From Chrysomallon squamiferum (lineage: Eukaryota > Animalia > Mollusca), in contig CM022679.1 in assembly GCA_012295275.1 (NCBI GenBank), forward strand, positions 27,714,001 to 27,778,000: DNA of 64,000 nt, given 5' to 3'. A program made the position numbers and the translations under genes. This document shows, piece by piece, positions 63,215-64,000 of the stretch. The notes below the pieces were generated by a model. That model was not told the DNA's origin, ran no database searches, and was given only the letters and a program-made list of their open reading frames with translations. Numbering within the stretch: the stretch's first letter is position 1; the number at the start of each line of letters is the position of its first letter.

Positions 63215-63779
63215 TAATAATAAATATAATAATAATGGTAATGAAACAATTTTGTGTATACTGTAATAATCTATTATATCAGAAGAATAAAATCAGTACC
63301 TTTTCTTTCCTTTTTAAAATATATTTTACTTACCAATTATTTTATTAACTTTATTGATTTTCATATTCATATCTTATTTATAATTTATGATTTGGCGCAT
63401 TTTCTTCTCCTTTAATTCTCTCTTGTATCTGTGTAATACGCTTTTAAAAAAAAAAATACAAACATAATAATTTTTTCTTTCCCTCAACTTTTAAAATACA
63501 GAAATAAAATTATTTGTTTCATACATTCGGTAGGAATGTCTGTCTATTACTGTATGTTACATAATTTACAAAGAATAATTTTCAAAGAAAGAAAGAAGAA
63601 AGAATGCTGATTATTCGTTTAGCTGGCCAGTGTATACTCAACGATGCGAAACATTTTGGCGCCGAAATCAATGACCGTTTCTCGTCTGCAGACTTATATA
63701 AACAATTAATTTGTGTTTTTTCGTGCGTCGTTGTTTCATCAACATGTTTTATTCGGTGTTTGTGTTCAAATGCCATTAA

Positions 63780-63960
63780 CAAGATAAGATGAATGTTCTG
63801 TTTTTCGCGCTCACACTGTTGAAAATGGCGGCAGCACCGCTCGACCTTTCCCTTGTTTACACTCGCCTCGATCAGATTTCATATTTCATGTTTTCACAGT
63901 TTTCACCTCCGAGTGTGAACGACTTCTCAAATTTATCTCTTTCAGGGTGAATCAACGAGC
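63780..63960 (+). promoter_or_regulatory. Probable promoter / first exon of a gene continuing beyond the right edge
   Basis: CpG-rich patch with YY1-type AAAATGGCGGC at 63822-63832. Confidence 0.45.
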
Positions 63961-64000
63961 TTGCAGAGAAGTTTTTCATTTTTTAAATTTTATAAATATA

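Noticed and set aside
63825-63950. 41-codon ORF starting MAAAPLDL
   Set aside because: Closes without a clear donor or homology; the ATG sits in a YY1-type promoter motif.

Overview
AT-rich, microsatellite-dense animal genomic DNA; lophotrochozoan/mollusc-like by composition, which is an inference only. Five protein-coding genes were assembled by hand from splice sites: the 5' end of germ cell-less (GMCL1, minus, runs off the window), SMSr/SAMD8 (minus, 413 aa), a short filamin lacking the actin-binding domain (plus, 832 aa, Ig16-24, starting at MPSG like Drosophila Filamin-90), VDAC (minus, 282 aa) and prefoldin-1 (plus, 127 aa). There are also two MITEs (Tc1/mariner-pogo type and hAT type) and many minisatellites. 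Main observations: (1) two 129-nt paralogous, probably mutually exclusive, filamin exons encode the Ig19-G/Ig20-A mechanosensor strand, one with Ser and one with Glu at the position aligning to FLNA S2152; (2) the short intron between them can pair with either an upstream or a downstream site, looping out one exon or the other; (3) all four complete genes carry tandem copies of their own exon-intron junctions, including a VDAC array whose unit encodes one in-frame beta-hairpin; (4) a GC-rich, three-way-junction-like element lies in a filamin intron. Homology calls rest on remembered family sequences; no database search was run.
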